A stretch of 64,000 nucleotides of DNA from the IMG/VR virus record IMGVR_UViG_3300033141_002732. One strand, written 5' to 3'. Of this stretch, positions 49,481 through 58,890 are shown piece by piece. The stretch's first letter is position 1. Every line of letters starts with the position of its first letter. The stretch is from a virus (Duplodnaviria; Heunggongvirae; Uroviricota; Caudoviricetes). Under the pieces are notes generated by a model. That model saw only the letters and a program-made list of their open reading frames with translations, searched no databases and had not been told where the DNA came from. A program made the translations under genes and the position numbers.

Positions 49481-50400
49481 ATATAGTAATAACAGGTGGT
49501 GCTGGTTTTATTGGTTCACATTTAGCAGATAGATTAATAGAATCTAGTTATTTAAATAAAGTTTTTATATTAGATAATTTAATTACAGGAAGAATGGATA
49601 ATGTAAATCCAGAAGCAATTTTTTATAATATAGATATTTCAGATACTGAAAAAGTTGAAGAATTTTTTAGGGGAAAGAAAATTGATATTGTAATTCATGC
49701 AGCCGCTACTGGAGCTGATCCAAATAATTGGAAAATGGATACAATGTCAAATGTTTTAGGAACTGTTAATATAGTTAAACAATCTTTATTGTGTAGAATA
49801 GAAAGATTAATTTATTTTCAAACTTCTCTTTGTTATGGAACTCCTCAAACAAACCCAATAACTTTAGATCATCCAATAAATCCTACTAATAGTTATTCAA
49901 TAACAAAAACAGCAGCTGAAAGATATATTGCAATGAGTGGACTTAATTTTATATCTTTTAGATTAGCTAATTGTTATGGACCTAGAAATTTAGCTGGTGC
50001 TGTTCCAACTTTTTATCATAGGTTAAGTCAAGGACAATCATGTTTTGTATATAATACTCGAAGAGATTTTGTATATATTGAAGATTTGGTTAACATTGTT
50101 ATGAGAGCTGTTTGTGGTTATGGAGAAAAAGGATATTATCATATTTCTACTGGAAAAGATTATCCCATATTAGATATATATAATATTGTTGCAAATCAAC
50201 TTGGAATTGATACAAAACCTGAAATAAAACCAATGATGAAAGAAGATGTTGAAAGTATATTATTAGATCCATCAGTTACTAAAAAAGTTTTTGAAGTGAT
50301 TCCAAGAACTCTCTTAGATTATGGAATTAGAAAAGCAATTAATTGGTATAAAGAGCATGGTATTACTGAAACATATACTCATTTACCAAAGGAGAAATAA
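49477..50400 (+). CDS. NAD-dependent epimerase/dehydratase (dTDP-/UDP-sugar 4,6-dehydratase or epimerase-like)
   Basis: 'MNIVITGGAGFIGSHLADRL', 'YSITKTAAE' (YxxxK). Confidence 0.7.
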   Translation: MNIVITGGAGFIGSHLADRLIESSYLNKVFILDNLITGRMDNVNPEAIFYNIDISDTEKVEEFFRGKKIDIVIHAAATGADPNNWKMDTMSNVLGTVNIVKQSLLCRIERLIYFQTSLCYGTPQTNPITLDHPINPTNSYSITKTAAERYIAMSGLNFISFRLANCYGPRNLAGAVPTFYHRLSQGQSCFVYNTRRDFVYIEDLVNIVMRAVCGYGEKGYYHISTGKDYPILDIYNIVANQLGIDTKPEIKPMMKEDVESILLDPSVTKKVFEVIPRTLLDYGIRKAINWYKEHGITETYTHLPKEK

Positions 50401-50402
50401 AA

Positions 50403-51089
50403 TTGTTATTTACTAAAGATTATATAAATATAGTAGATGGAATATATGATTTTATTGATAAAACAGATGATTATATTGATAATTATGAAGAAATATCAAA
50501 AGATTGGGCTCAATCTCATGTAGATAATAAATCTTTTGTAAGTTTAGAAACTCAAGCAATATTTAATTGTTGTGACCTTTTAGTTCAAAATTATAGACCT
50601 GAAAATGTATTAGATATAGGTTGTGGTTTTGGATATGTCATTAATAATCTTAAATGTAAAAATAAATTTGGAGTTGATATTTCTTTAAATCAATTAAAAT
50701 ATGTAGATTATAATGTAACTAAAATAAGATGTTATGCTAAAGATATTCCATTAAATAATGAATATTTCGATATGATTATTTGTACTGATTTATTTGAGCA
50801 TGTTCTAGAACCTTATATGTTAGTTCTTGAAATTGACAGATTATTAAAGAAAGATGGTATTTTATTATTTGCATGTCCTTGGCAACAAGATTTATCTGTA
50901 TATGAGTCAGAAGAATACAAAGAAAATTTTAAGAATTATAAATATTTACATTTAAGATCTGTAAATGAAAGTGATATAAAATATTTTAAATTTCATTTTA
51001 CTGAAGTTGCATCTACTATGATTACAGTAGCAATGAAAGATATGATGTTTGAACCTTATCCAATAAAATTTATTCAGTTTATAAAATGA
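50403..51089 (+). CDS. class I SAM-dependent methyltransferase (TTG start)
   Basis: Motif I 'VLDIGCGFGY'; 'MIICTDLFEH'; strong SD 'aaaggagaaataaaattg'. Confidence 0.55.
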   Translation: MLFTKDYINIVDGIYDFIDKTDDYIDNYEEISKDWAQSHVDNKSFVSLETQAIFNCCDLLVQNYRPENVLDIGCGFGYVINNLKCKNKFGVDISLNQLKYVDYNVTKIRCYAKDIPLNNEYFDMIICTDLFEHVLEPYMLVLEIDRLLKKDGILLFACPWQQDLSVYESEEYKENFKNYKYLHLRSVNESDIKYFKFHFTEVASTMITVAMKDMMFEPYPIKFIQFIK

Positions 51090-51249
51090 TAGATATAAAA
51101 AAATTAGAAAAACATGTAAAATTATGTAAAAGAAATTTGAACTCAAAAAGAGTAATTTGTTGTGCTTCTTGTCCATTTGAAGATATTATTATTAAATATT
51201 ATCCAGATTTAAAAGAAAAATTCTATAACAAAAGAGAGGAATTAAAAAA

Positions 51250-52497
51250 ATGAATATATCTTATAAATATAAAAATAAGATTTTTAATAACATAAGAGAT
51301 ATTATTGAAAATAATCGATTATATCCAGATTTTCATTTCTTTCAAGAAGAGTTTATTCCATTTCAAGGATTTATGTCTGGAAGAACTTTTTTTGAAGGAG
51401 TGTCTATACATTCGGATATTAAATTTGATGTATTAGATCAAAGACAAGAAGAATTTAATTTTGATTTTTTTGTTACTTGTATTAATAAATATCTTCGTAA
51501 TCATGATTATAAATCTTTAAAGAATCCAATTTCTGCTGTGTCTGGTGGAGTTGATTCTTCTACTATTGCATTAACATTAAAACCATCAACAATATATTCT
51601 GGGTATTATGAAGGAGATGATTTTTTTAGTGAACTTCCATATTCTAGTTTAGTAGCGTCTGCAATTGATGCTAAACATTATAAATTTAAATTAGACGAAG
51701 ATGATTTTATTAACAATTTATCTGATTATTTTGAGGTTATAGGAAATCCAATTGCTGGTATGGGTGGAGTAATGGAATTTACTTTAATTAAGAAGATTCT
51801 TAAAGAAGTAGATACTGATGTAATATTATTTGGAAATGGTGGTGATGAAATATTTTTGGGATATTACTTTAATTATTTTGTAAAAGAATTTTATGAATAT
51901 GGTCAACAAAAACCACTATACATGCCAAATTTTTATCCACAGAAAAAGTCGATTACTAATAATGTTATAGATTTTATGATTCTTTCTTCTCTCAATAGAG
52001 GATCAGTTGATTTTATGTATACTGATTTTGTTTATTCAAAATTACTTCCACAATTAGAGAAAATGAACTCAATTCTTGAAAAGATTTTATATGTTAATAT
52101 TAATTATACTTTACCGTCATTACTACATCCATATAATCAATATTCTCATGAATTTGGAATTAAATGTTTGAATCCATTGTCTAATGAAGATTTTATAAAA
52201 AACTCACTATATCTTAATACTCCAATTTCTGAAGTTCCAAAGAAAAGATTGAGAGATATAAATCCAATTCTACCAGATGAAATTAAATATAATTTTGTTA
52301 AAAGAGGTTTTCCAATGCCAATTAAGAATTGGACTAAATTGAGTAAATTAATAGAAAAATATTATCATAGATTTTTTGATAGAAAAGAAGTTAAAATTAT
52401 AAAACTTCCTTATAATGGAATAGATAGATTCGCTTGGGGTGTATTTCAAGTGGAATGGTTTTTAGAACATTATTTTGATAATAATTTTAAGGGATAA
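51250..52497 (+). CDS. PP-loop amidotransferase (asparagine synthase-like / WbpG-type N-acetyl sugar amidotransferase)
   Basis: PP-loop 'SAVSGGVDSSTIAL'. Confidence 0.5.
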   Translation: MNISYKYKNKIFNNIRDIIENNRLYPDFHFFQEEFIPFQGFMSGRTFFEGVSIHSDIKFDVLDQRQEEFNFDFFVTCINKYLRNHDYKSLKNPISAVSGGVDSSTIALTLKPSTIYSGYYEGDDFFSELPYSSLVASAIDAKHYKFKLDEDDFINNLSDYFEVIGNPIAGMGGVMEFTLIKKILKEVDTDVILFGNGGDEIFLGYYFNYFVKEFYEYGQQKPLYMPNFYPQKKSITNNVIDFMILSSLNRGSVDFMYTDFVYSKLLPQLEKMNSILEKILYVNINYTLPSLLHPYNQYSHEFGIKCLNPLSNEDFIKNSLYLNTPISEVPKKRLRDINPILPDEIKYNFVKRGFPMPIKNWTKLSKLIEKYYHRFFDRKEVKIIKLPYNGIDRFAWGVFQVEWFLEHYFDNNFKG

Positions 52498-52500
52498 AAA

Positions 52501-53262
52501 ATGAAAGTAATAGATTTTCATATACATATAGGTAAAACAGAAAAAACTAGGTTTTATTGTACTTTTGATAATCTTCAAAATAAAATTTCAAGTGGAGAAA
52601 TTGATAAAGCTGTAATTTTTCCGAATGTATCAAGTATAATTAAAGATAGTGAACTAAATAGTAAATTTTTTCATGAAACAGATAATTATTTTGATATGAT
52701 TTCTTCAAATATATATCTTTTTCTTCTTGTAGATCCTAATGATAAAGAAACTTTAAATCAAATTATTAATAATCAAAATGTTATTAATGGAGTTAAATTT
52801 CATCCAAGTATTACAAGAGTAACTGCTGATAGTAGTAGAATGGATCCATTTTGGGAAGTATGTAAAATTCATCATTATCCAGTAATTGTTCATTGTGGGA
52901 GAGATGCAATTAGTAATATAATATATTTAATTACAGCTGCAAGAAAACATAAAGATGTAAACTTTATTGGAGCACATCTTGGAGGAAATGCTACAGATAT
53001 TATAGATAAATCATTATCTATTTTGAAACAAGAAAAAAATTTAGATAATTTATATTTAGATACTTCTTCTGGAAGATTTCCAGAATTAATAAAAACTGCA
53101 GTTGAATCAATAGGAGCAGAAAGAATAATTTTTGGTTCTGATATTCCTTATGCTGATTTAAAAATTAGTAAATTATGTGTAGAGTTTGCTAATATAAAAG
53201 ATAGTGAAAAGGAGTTGATTTTTTATAAAAATGCTGAAATATTATTGGAAAACACTAATTAG
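52501..53262 (+). CDS. metal-dependent amidohydrolase (TIM barrel)
   Basis: 'MKVIDFHIHIG' HxH at N-terminus; 'VIVHCG', 'GAHLGG', 'FGSDIPY' in amidohydrolase_2-like order. Confidence 0.5.
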   Translation: MKVIDFHIHIGKTEKTRFYCTFDNLQNKISSGEIDKAVIFPNVSSIIKDSELNSKFFHETDNYFDMISSNIYLFLLVDPNDKETLNQIINNQNVINGVKFHPSITRVTADSSRMDPFWEVCKIHHYPVIVHCGRDAISNIIYLITAARKHKDVNFIGAHLGGNATDIIDKSLSILKQEKNLDNLYLDTSSGRFPELIKTAVESIGAERIIFGSDIPYADLKISKLCVEFANIKDSEKELIFYKNAEILLENTN

Positions 53263-53812
53263 TTTAATTCGTGGGCTTATATATGGAAAGCAGTTATGTT
53301 TTATTGGAACAAACGTAAAATTGGGAAAGAATGTTAGAATAAGTTATTTGGTTTCAATAGAAGATAATTGTCAAATTGGTAATAATACTTTTATTGGATA
53401 TTGTTGTATATTAAGACCTAATGTTAAAATTGGAAATGATTGTTCTTTTGGTCATTTAACTGTTATTGAGAAAAATGTTATAATTAAAAATCGAGTTTCT
53501 TTTCATGCTCAATGTCATATAACAGAAGGAACATATGTTGAAGATAATGTTTTTGTTGCGCCAATGTTTATGGGAACTAATACAAAAATAATAGATCATG
53601 GAAGAAATTTAAATCCTCCTATTGAAGGTCCTATTATTAGAAGAGCCGTAAGAATAGCCTCTAATGTAAAATTACTTCCTGGAGTTGAAATAGGAGAGAA
53701 TGCTTTAATTGGAATCGGTTCTGTAGTTACTAAAGATGTTCCTCCAAGAGAAATATGGTTTGGAAATCCAGCTAGAAAATTTGGAAATGTGAAGGAAGAT
53801 GAAATTTTATGA
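53231..53812 (+). CDS. hexapeptide-repeat (LbH) acyltransferase
   Basis: Repeating [LIV]-G-x-x-x-x hexads: 'NVKLGKNVRISY..IEDNCQIGNNTFIGY..LRPNVKIGNDCSFGH'. Confidence 0.55.
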   Translation: MLKYYWKTLISLIRGLIYGKQLCFIGTNVKLGKNVRISYLVSIEDNCQIGNNTFIGYCCILRPNVKIGNDCSFGHLTVIEKNVIIKNRVSFHAQCHITEGTYVEDNVFVAPMFMGTNTKIIDHGRNLNPPIEGPIIRRAVRIASNVKLLPGVEIGENALIGIGSVVTKDVPPREIWFGNPARKFGNVKEDEIL

Positions 53813-54138
53813 GAAAAAATGAAAACTCATGTAAAGGATGTGAATTTTTAGGTAGTGATTCATGTAGAGATATATTTTGGTATGTTTGTAGTCATGATTC
53901 CATACTAGAAGAATATCCAGAAGCATTAATATTAAATCAAGATTTAGAAACTCCAGATTGGTGTCCGTTAAGAATTTCTAATGATGATATTGAAATTGAA
54001 AAAGTGATTAATTACATTAGAAAATTTAAAAATCAAATTAAAAGAGTTTATGGATCTTATAATCATGGAAGTGTTTTCTCACCTGTTTATACTCAAGAAA
54101 ATTCCCCACCTGATCAGATAATTATTGTATTTAAATAA
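53809..54138 (+). CDS. small Cys-containing hypothetical protein
   Basis: 109 aa. Confidence 0.35.
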   Translation: MRKNENSCKGCEFLGSDSCRDIFWYVCSHDSILEEYPEALILNQDLETPDWCPLRISNDDIEIEKVINYIRKFKNQIKRVYGSYNHGSVFSPVYTQENSPPDQIIIVFK

Positions 54139-54341
54139 GAAAGAAAAATATGGAAATATTATGTCCACGTTGTGAGAAAACAATAATATTAAATTGATAT
54201 TGAAGGTGGATTATTTGATCCTAGTTTATTACTAAAGAGATTTAAAACAGACCGAGAAAAATGTGGTTTTAGATGTCAAAATTGTAATTTTTTAGTTAGT
54301 GAATATATAATATGGAGAGTTTGTAAAAGGATATTTATATT

Positions 54342-54815
54342 TTGATTGCATATTTAGAAATTACTACATGGGTTGGAAGCTCAGTTGTTTATGGAGAACA
54401 TTATTACGGAAAAATATTTTTTGGACAAGATTATGTTGATGTATATACAATACTTACTAGAACAGAAGCTATAAAATTAAATAAAGCAGAAGAATGGAGT
54501 GTATTTCCATATGGGATCAGATATAAACAAGGAGAAGAAACTTCTAGATTTACTGATAAAAAGAAATTAATTAAATGTGCTACAGAAGTATTTAATAAAA
54601 AAATTAAACCGAAAGGATTTAATATTTTGTTAGAATGTTCTAAATGTATTATAGACCCATGTTATATGATAATAGGACCCGATAATATAAAAAGTAAAGC
54701 TAATAAATTGTGGAAGCAATTTGAAAAATTTAATGGTTGGGAATGTGATAAAGTTAATGAATCTAAAGTTCAAAAGATTTGTGATGAATGGAGTAAATTA
54801 ATAAATGGAGGATAA
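54342..54815 (+). CDS. hypothetical protein (TTG start)
   Basis: 157 aa. Confidence 0.35.
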   Translation: MIAYLEITTWVGSSVVYGEHYYGKIFFGQDYVDVYTILTRTEAIKLNKAEEWSVFPYGIRYKQGEETSRFTDKKKLIKCATEVFNKKIKPKGFNILLECSKCIIDPCYMIIGPDNIKSKANKLWKQFEKFNGWECDKVNESKVQKICDEWSKLINGG

Positions 54816-54818
54816 ATT

Positions 54819-55004
54819 ATGTGGAATCTTAAATTATTACTGAATTATTGTGAAGATAATCATGTTTATTTAAATGGAAAATGGGTTCCATCTCGTCCTT
54901 TAAATGGACAAAAAAATATATATCCTTTTTGGAAACGAATTAAAGATTCTTGGAAAGTATTTAAATGTAAAGCAGAAGCATTTGAGTGGCCAGAAGGACA
55001 ATAA
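54819..55004 (+). CDS. small hypothetical protein
   Basis: 61 aa. Confidence 0.3.
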   Translation: MWNLKLLLNYCEDNHVYLNGKWVPSRPLNGQKNIYPFWKRIKDSWKVFKCKAEAFEWPEGQ

Positions 55005-55360
55005 TGAAAGAATTACTATTTTCAGTAACTAAGAAAGATTTAGACATCCAATTTTTTTCTGGAAAAGGTGCTGGTGGTCAACATAGGAATAAACATCAGA
55101 ATTGTGTTCGTATGGTTCATAAAGATTCTGGAGTTATTGTTACTGGTCAAAATAGTAGAAGTAGAAAAGCTAATATAAAAGAAGCTTTTAATAATTTAGT
55201 TAAACATCCTAAATTTAAAATATGGTTAAATAGAACAGCACAAGAAATTATAAATAATGAAAATATAAACCAAACAGTTGATTCAATGATGGACCTTAAA
55301 AATCTAAAAATAGAAGTTAAAGATAAAGATGGAAATTGGGTAGAAAAAAATAATATTTAA
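55004..55360 (+). CDS. ArfB-like peptidyl-tRNA hydrolase / RF-1 GGQ-domain protein
   Basis: 'SGKGAGGQHRNKHQNCVRMVHKDSGVIV' matches the class-I release-factor GGQ domain 'sGpGGQhVNkt.SaVrl.H'. The ATG at 55004 overlaps the upstream stop (TAATG). Confidence 0.6.
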   Translation: MKELLFSVTKKDLDIQFFSGKGAGGQHRNKHQNCVRMVHKDSGVIVTGQNSRSRKANIKEAFNNLVKHPKFKIWLNRTAQEIINNENINQTVDSMMDLKNLKIEVKDKDGNWVEKNNI

Positions 55361-55411
55361 AAAGAAAATAATACTAATTATTTAGAACATAATAAAAAAG
55401 GAGAATTGTAA

Positions 55412-56116
55412 ATGAACTATTTAGTTTTTGAAACAATGAAAAAAGTTTTGGAATATGGTGCTTTAGTAATACGAGATGTTGATAATGGTGAAGAACCTTT
55501 TTTATATGCATCTGGTAATTGGGGACCAGGATATGTATCAATTAAAGGTTTAGTTTCTAAACCTCGTCTTTTTGAAAGTATGACATTACAGCTTGCTTCA
55601 AAAATATCATATATTACAGAAATAGATATTGTAGCTGGAAATGTTACTGGAGGAGTTCCACCTTCTGTTTTATTATCCAAACAATTATCTATATTTTATG
55701 GAAAAGATGTACCTCTTCTTTATGTTAGAGATGCTAGAAAAAAAGGTGGTATGAAAGAACTTGTAACTGGACACCGTTCTGAATATAAACGTAAACATGT
55801 TTTAGTTACTGAAGAGTTAGTAAACTTTGCACAAACTACTTGTAATAGTGTGAATATTTTAAGAGAAATGAATTATTATGTTGATTGTTCTTGTTGTATT
55901 TTATTTTATAATAATCCAGTTGCTAATGAAATGTTATATAATAATAAAATAACTATAATATATTTATTTACTTTATCAGAATTACTTTATTGTGCAGAAT
56001 CATGTAATTATTTTTCAAAAAATTTAATTGATAAATATAGAAACTTTTTAGAAGATCCACTAGATTGGCAAAAGAAGAAGGGATTAGAACCAGTGAAAGG
56101 TGGGGGAACTAAATAA
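55412..56116 (+). CDS. orotate phosphoribosyltransferase-like protein
   Basis: 'FLYASGNWGPGYVSIKG' (PyrE hood region 'F.L.SG..SPyY.D') and PRPP-motif-like 'HVLVTEELVNFAQTT'. Confidence 0.5.
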   Translation: MNYLVFETMKKVLEYGALVIRDVDNGEEPFLYASGNWGPGYVSIKGLVSKPRLFESMTLQLASKISYITEIDIVAGNVTGGVPPSVLLSKQLSIFYGKDVPLLYVRDARKKGGMKELVTGHRSEYKRKHVLVTEELVNFAQTTCNSVNILREMNYYVDCSCCILFYNNPVANEMLYNNKITIIYLFTLSELLYCAESCNYFSKNLIDKYRNFLEDPLDWQKKKGLEPVKGGGTK

Positions 56117-56796
56117 TGAAATATCCATTTTTGTTTGTTGCTTTAGATAATCTTTTAGATGATGATCCTGAAATATTATATAAATTATCCGAAGTAGATG
56201 GAAATTTTGGTTTTAAAATAAATTTAGATTATCTTTTATTTATGGGTTTAGATATAATTCCATATTTAAAAGCTTTTAATAGACCATTATTTTTTGATTT
56301 AAAAATGTTTAATGGTAAAAGAACAATGAAAAGATTGGTATATAGATTAGTTGATTCACAAATTGATTTTTTCAATTTTCATATGTTAGCTGATAATCAA
56401 ATTGAATTTATAAATGAAATGGATTTAAAAAATACAAAAGTTTTGGGAGTTACTGTTCTTAGTCATATGAATGAAAGTTATTGTAAATTTATGTTTGGAA
56501 AATCATTAATTGATGTAATTGGTATATTAGAAACTAAAGCTTTGAGTTTAGGATGTCATGGGGTTATTTTACCACCATTCGCTCTTGGAAAAATCAGACA
56601 TGGGAATATTATAAAAGTATCTCCTGGAATTAGGCCAGAATGGTATCAAGATTCAATTCATGTTAATCCTTCTACACCAAAATATGCTGTACAAAATGGT
56701 GCAGATATTTTAGTATGTGGATCTCCAATTATGAAATCCAATGATCCAATTTTAGCTTTGAAAAGAGTGTTAGAAGAAATGGAATGTTCAAAATGA
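56116..56796 (+). CDS. OMP decarboxylase-family protein (PyrF/KGPDC/HPS fold)
   Basis: 'LFVALDNL...FGFKINLDYL...FFDLKMFNGKRTM' parallels 'alD...vKvG...f.DlKlhDIpnTv' of OMPDC. Confidence 0.45.
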   Translation: MKYPFLFVALDNLLDDDPEILYKLSEVDGNFGFKINLDYLLFMGLDIIPYLKAFNRPLFFDLKMFNGKRTMKRLVYRLVDSQIDFFNFHMLADNQIEFINEMDLKNTKVLGVTVLSHMNESYCKFMFGKSLIDVIGILETKALSLGCHGVILPPFALGKIRHGNIIKVSPGIRPEWYQDSIHVNPSTPKYAVQNGADILVCGSPIMKSNDPILALKRVLEEMECSK

Positions 56797-57065
56797 AAAC
56801 TCATTGGTTATTTGGAATAGATCCTAATAAGGAAGTTAAATTTAAAAAAGAAATTGATGAAGAAACTGATTGTAATAAATGTATACATAAAAAGGTTTGT
56901 ATGAGAGATATGCCAAAGAGATGTATAAATTTTGAAATGTCAAATTCAAATGCATTTAGTTGTGGAACTTGTGTACATAATTTTACAAGATTCAGTAGAA
57001 ATTCAATTCCCTGTTTTTATTGTAAAGATTTTTTGGAGGAGTTTAATGGAAAAGAAAAAAATTAA
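56784..57065 (+). CDS. small Cys-rich hypothetical protein
   Basis: 'CNKCIHKKVC...CGTCVHNF...CFYC'. Confidence 0.35.
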   Translation: MFKMKTHWLFGIDPNKEVKFKKEIDEETDCNKCIHKKVCMRDMPKRCINFEMSNSNAFSCGTCVHNFTRFSRNSIPCFYCKDFLEEFNGKEKN

Positions 57066-57819
57066 AACAAATGAAGATTTTAGTAATATGTCTGATGTAT
57101 ATAAAGATTATTTAGAAGAGTTAGTAAATTCTTTTCATAGTTCAACAGGTGCCACTATTTCAAAACTTGAAAACTTTTCTAAATATGTTCCTAGATCATC
57201 AATTTCTAGATTTTTATGTAAATATGAAATATTTAAAAAAATATTAAATATACAGGGATCTATTATAGAAGGTGGAGTATTTTTTGGTGGTGGTTTAATG
57301 ACTTGGGCACAATTAAGTTCAATTCTTGAGCCAGCAAATCATCAAAGGAGAATTATTGGATTTGATACTTTTGCTGGTTTTACTACTGTAACAGGATTTG
57401 ATAAAAGTTCAAAATCTTCACATTTAAATGAAGCTGGATATTATTTTGCTGATTCATATGAAGAATTGCAAAATTCTATTAAAATATATGATATGACTAG
57501 ATATATGAATCATATTAAAAAAATAGAATTAGTAAAAGGTAATGTTGTAGAGACTATACCAAAATATATTAAAGATAATCCTCATTTAATTGTAAGTTTA
57601 TTATATTTAGATTTTGATATTTTTGAACCTACTGCAGCTGCTATTAAAAATTTTCTTCCATTAATGCCAAAGGGTTCAATCATTGCTTTTGATGAATTTG
57701 CACAAGAACTTTGGCCTGGTGAAACTCAAGCAGTTCTTCAAGAATTTCCAGAATTGAATAAATGGAAAATTGAAAGATTTCCATTTGGAACTTCTATTTC
57801 TTATACTATTATTGATTAA
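57047..57819 (+). CDS. TylF/MycF-family sugar O-methyltransferase
   Basis: 'LLYLDFDIFEPTAAAIKNFLPLMPKGSIIAFDEF' matches the macrocin-O-MTase 'D.DlYesT...L..l.p.l..GG.ii.DDY' region; start at 'MEKKKIK' with SD 'ggagg'. Confidence 0.6.
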
Positions 57820-57826
57820 AATTTAT

Positions 57827-57905
57827 TCGCTCGTAGCTCAGTTGGATCTAGAGCAGGAGATTTCTAATCTCCAGGTCGCGGGTTCAAGTCCTGCCGAGCG
57901 AGCCA
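57827..57905 (+). tRNA. tRNA-Arg (anticodon TCT)
   Basis: Cloverleaf: acceptor 'TCGCTCG'/'CGAGCGA', D-arm 'GCTC..GAGC', anticodon stem 'GGAGA/TCTCC' with loop 'TTTCTAA', T-arm 'GCGGG-TTCAAGT-CCTGC', encoded CCA. Confidence 0.8.
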
Positions 57906-57917
57906 CTTTCTAATTAC

Positions 57918-58712
57918 TTGATGGAGATATTTTATATGAAAGCTAGTATTATTATGTGTACTAGAAATAAAAATATATGTTTATCAAATACTTTATATTC
58001 CATTAAAAGACAAATAACTAATATACCATATGAAGTTTGTATTTTAGATGAGAATTCTATAATTGATCCAAAACCAATAATTGATAGAATTTTACCAGAA
58101 GCTAAATATAAAAGATTAGAAAAACAAGTTGGCTTTGGTTTAGCACATAAAATGGTTATGAATTTAGTTTCTGATGATTCTGATATTATAATTATTCAAT
58201 CGAGTGATGTAATGTGGATTCAAAAAGATATCTTACAAAAATTATGTAAAAATGTTTTTAAACATACTATATGTTTACCGGAAGTTCATAATTTAACAGT
58301 TAATAGATATTTTTATAAAAATTTTGAAGAAGATGTTTTGTTGAGAAAAATTAAAAGAAGTAAAACTCAAATTTATTCTGGTAGTAAAAGATCCAATGTA
58401 TGGTTCTTTTTTTTAGGTTCTATTCTTAAAAAAGATTTGGAAGAAATTGGTGGAATGTGGTGTGATGTAAGAATGGATAATCTAATGAGATTTTTAAATT
58501 TTAAAGCAAAATATTTAGATAACTTAAAAGCGATTCACCAAAAACATGAAAGAACAAGTAGAGAGAAATGTGGTCTTGAACATATTTGTGGTACATTATG
58601 TAAAGAAAGACGAAGAAGAAATGACGTTATATTAAAAAGATTATTAAGTAACAAAAAAAAAAAGAATGAGAGAATAAAGAAAATTAGAAAATTAACAAGG
58701 AGGAATAAATAA
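57918..58712 (+). CDS. GT2-like glycosyltransferase with poly-basic C-terminus (tentative)
   Basis: 'ASIIMCTRNKNICLSNTLYSIKRQ...CILDENS' GT2-like N-terminus. Confidence 0.4.
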   Translation: MMEIFYMKASIIMCTRNKNICLSNTLYSIKRQITNIPYEVCILDENSIIDPKPIIDRILPEAKYKRLEKQVGFGLAHKMVMNLVSDDSDIIIIQSSDVMWIQKDILQKLCKNVFKHTICLPEVHNLTVNRYFYKNFEEDVLLRKIKRSKTQIYSGSKRSNVWFFFLGSILKKDLEEIGGMWCDVRMDNLMRFLNFKAKYLDNLKAIHQKHERTSREKCGLEHICGTLCKERRRRNDVILKRLLSNKKKKNERIKKIRKLTRRNK

Positions 58713-58713
58713 A

Positions 58714-58890
58714 ATGGCAGGTGCTACTACTAGAGGAGAAAATGCAGGAAAATTACAAGCTAAAGCTATTATAGAATATATACATTTAATGTATCAAAAT
58801 AATACAGCATTATCATATTTAAATGGTTTAATAAATCTATTAATAGAAGAAAAGAATAGAAGAGAAAAAATAAAGGAAATAAAAATATGA
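58714..58890 (+). CDS. small hypothetical protein (58 aa, not in ORF track)
   Basis: Strong SD 'acaaggaggaataaataaaatg'; stop overlaps the start of the next gene (ATATGA). Confidence 0.35.
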   Translation: MAGATTRGENAGKLQAKAIIEYIHLMYQNNTALSYLNGLINLLIEEKNRREKIKEIKI

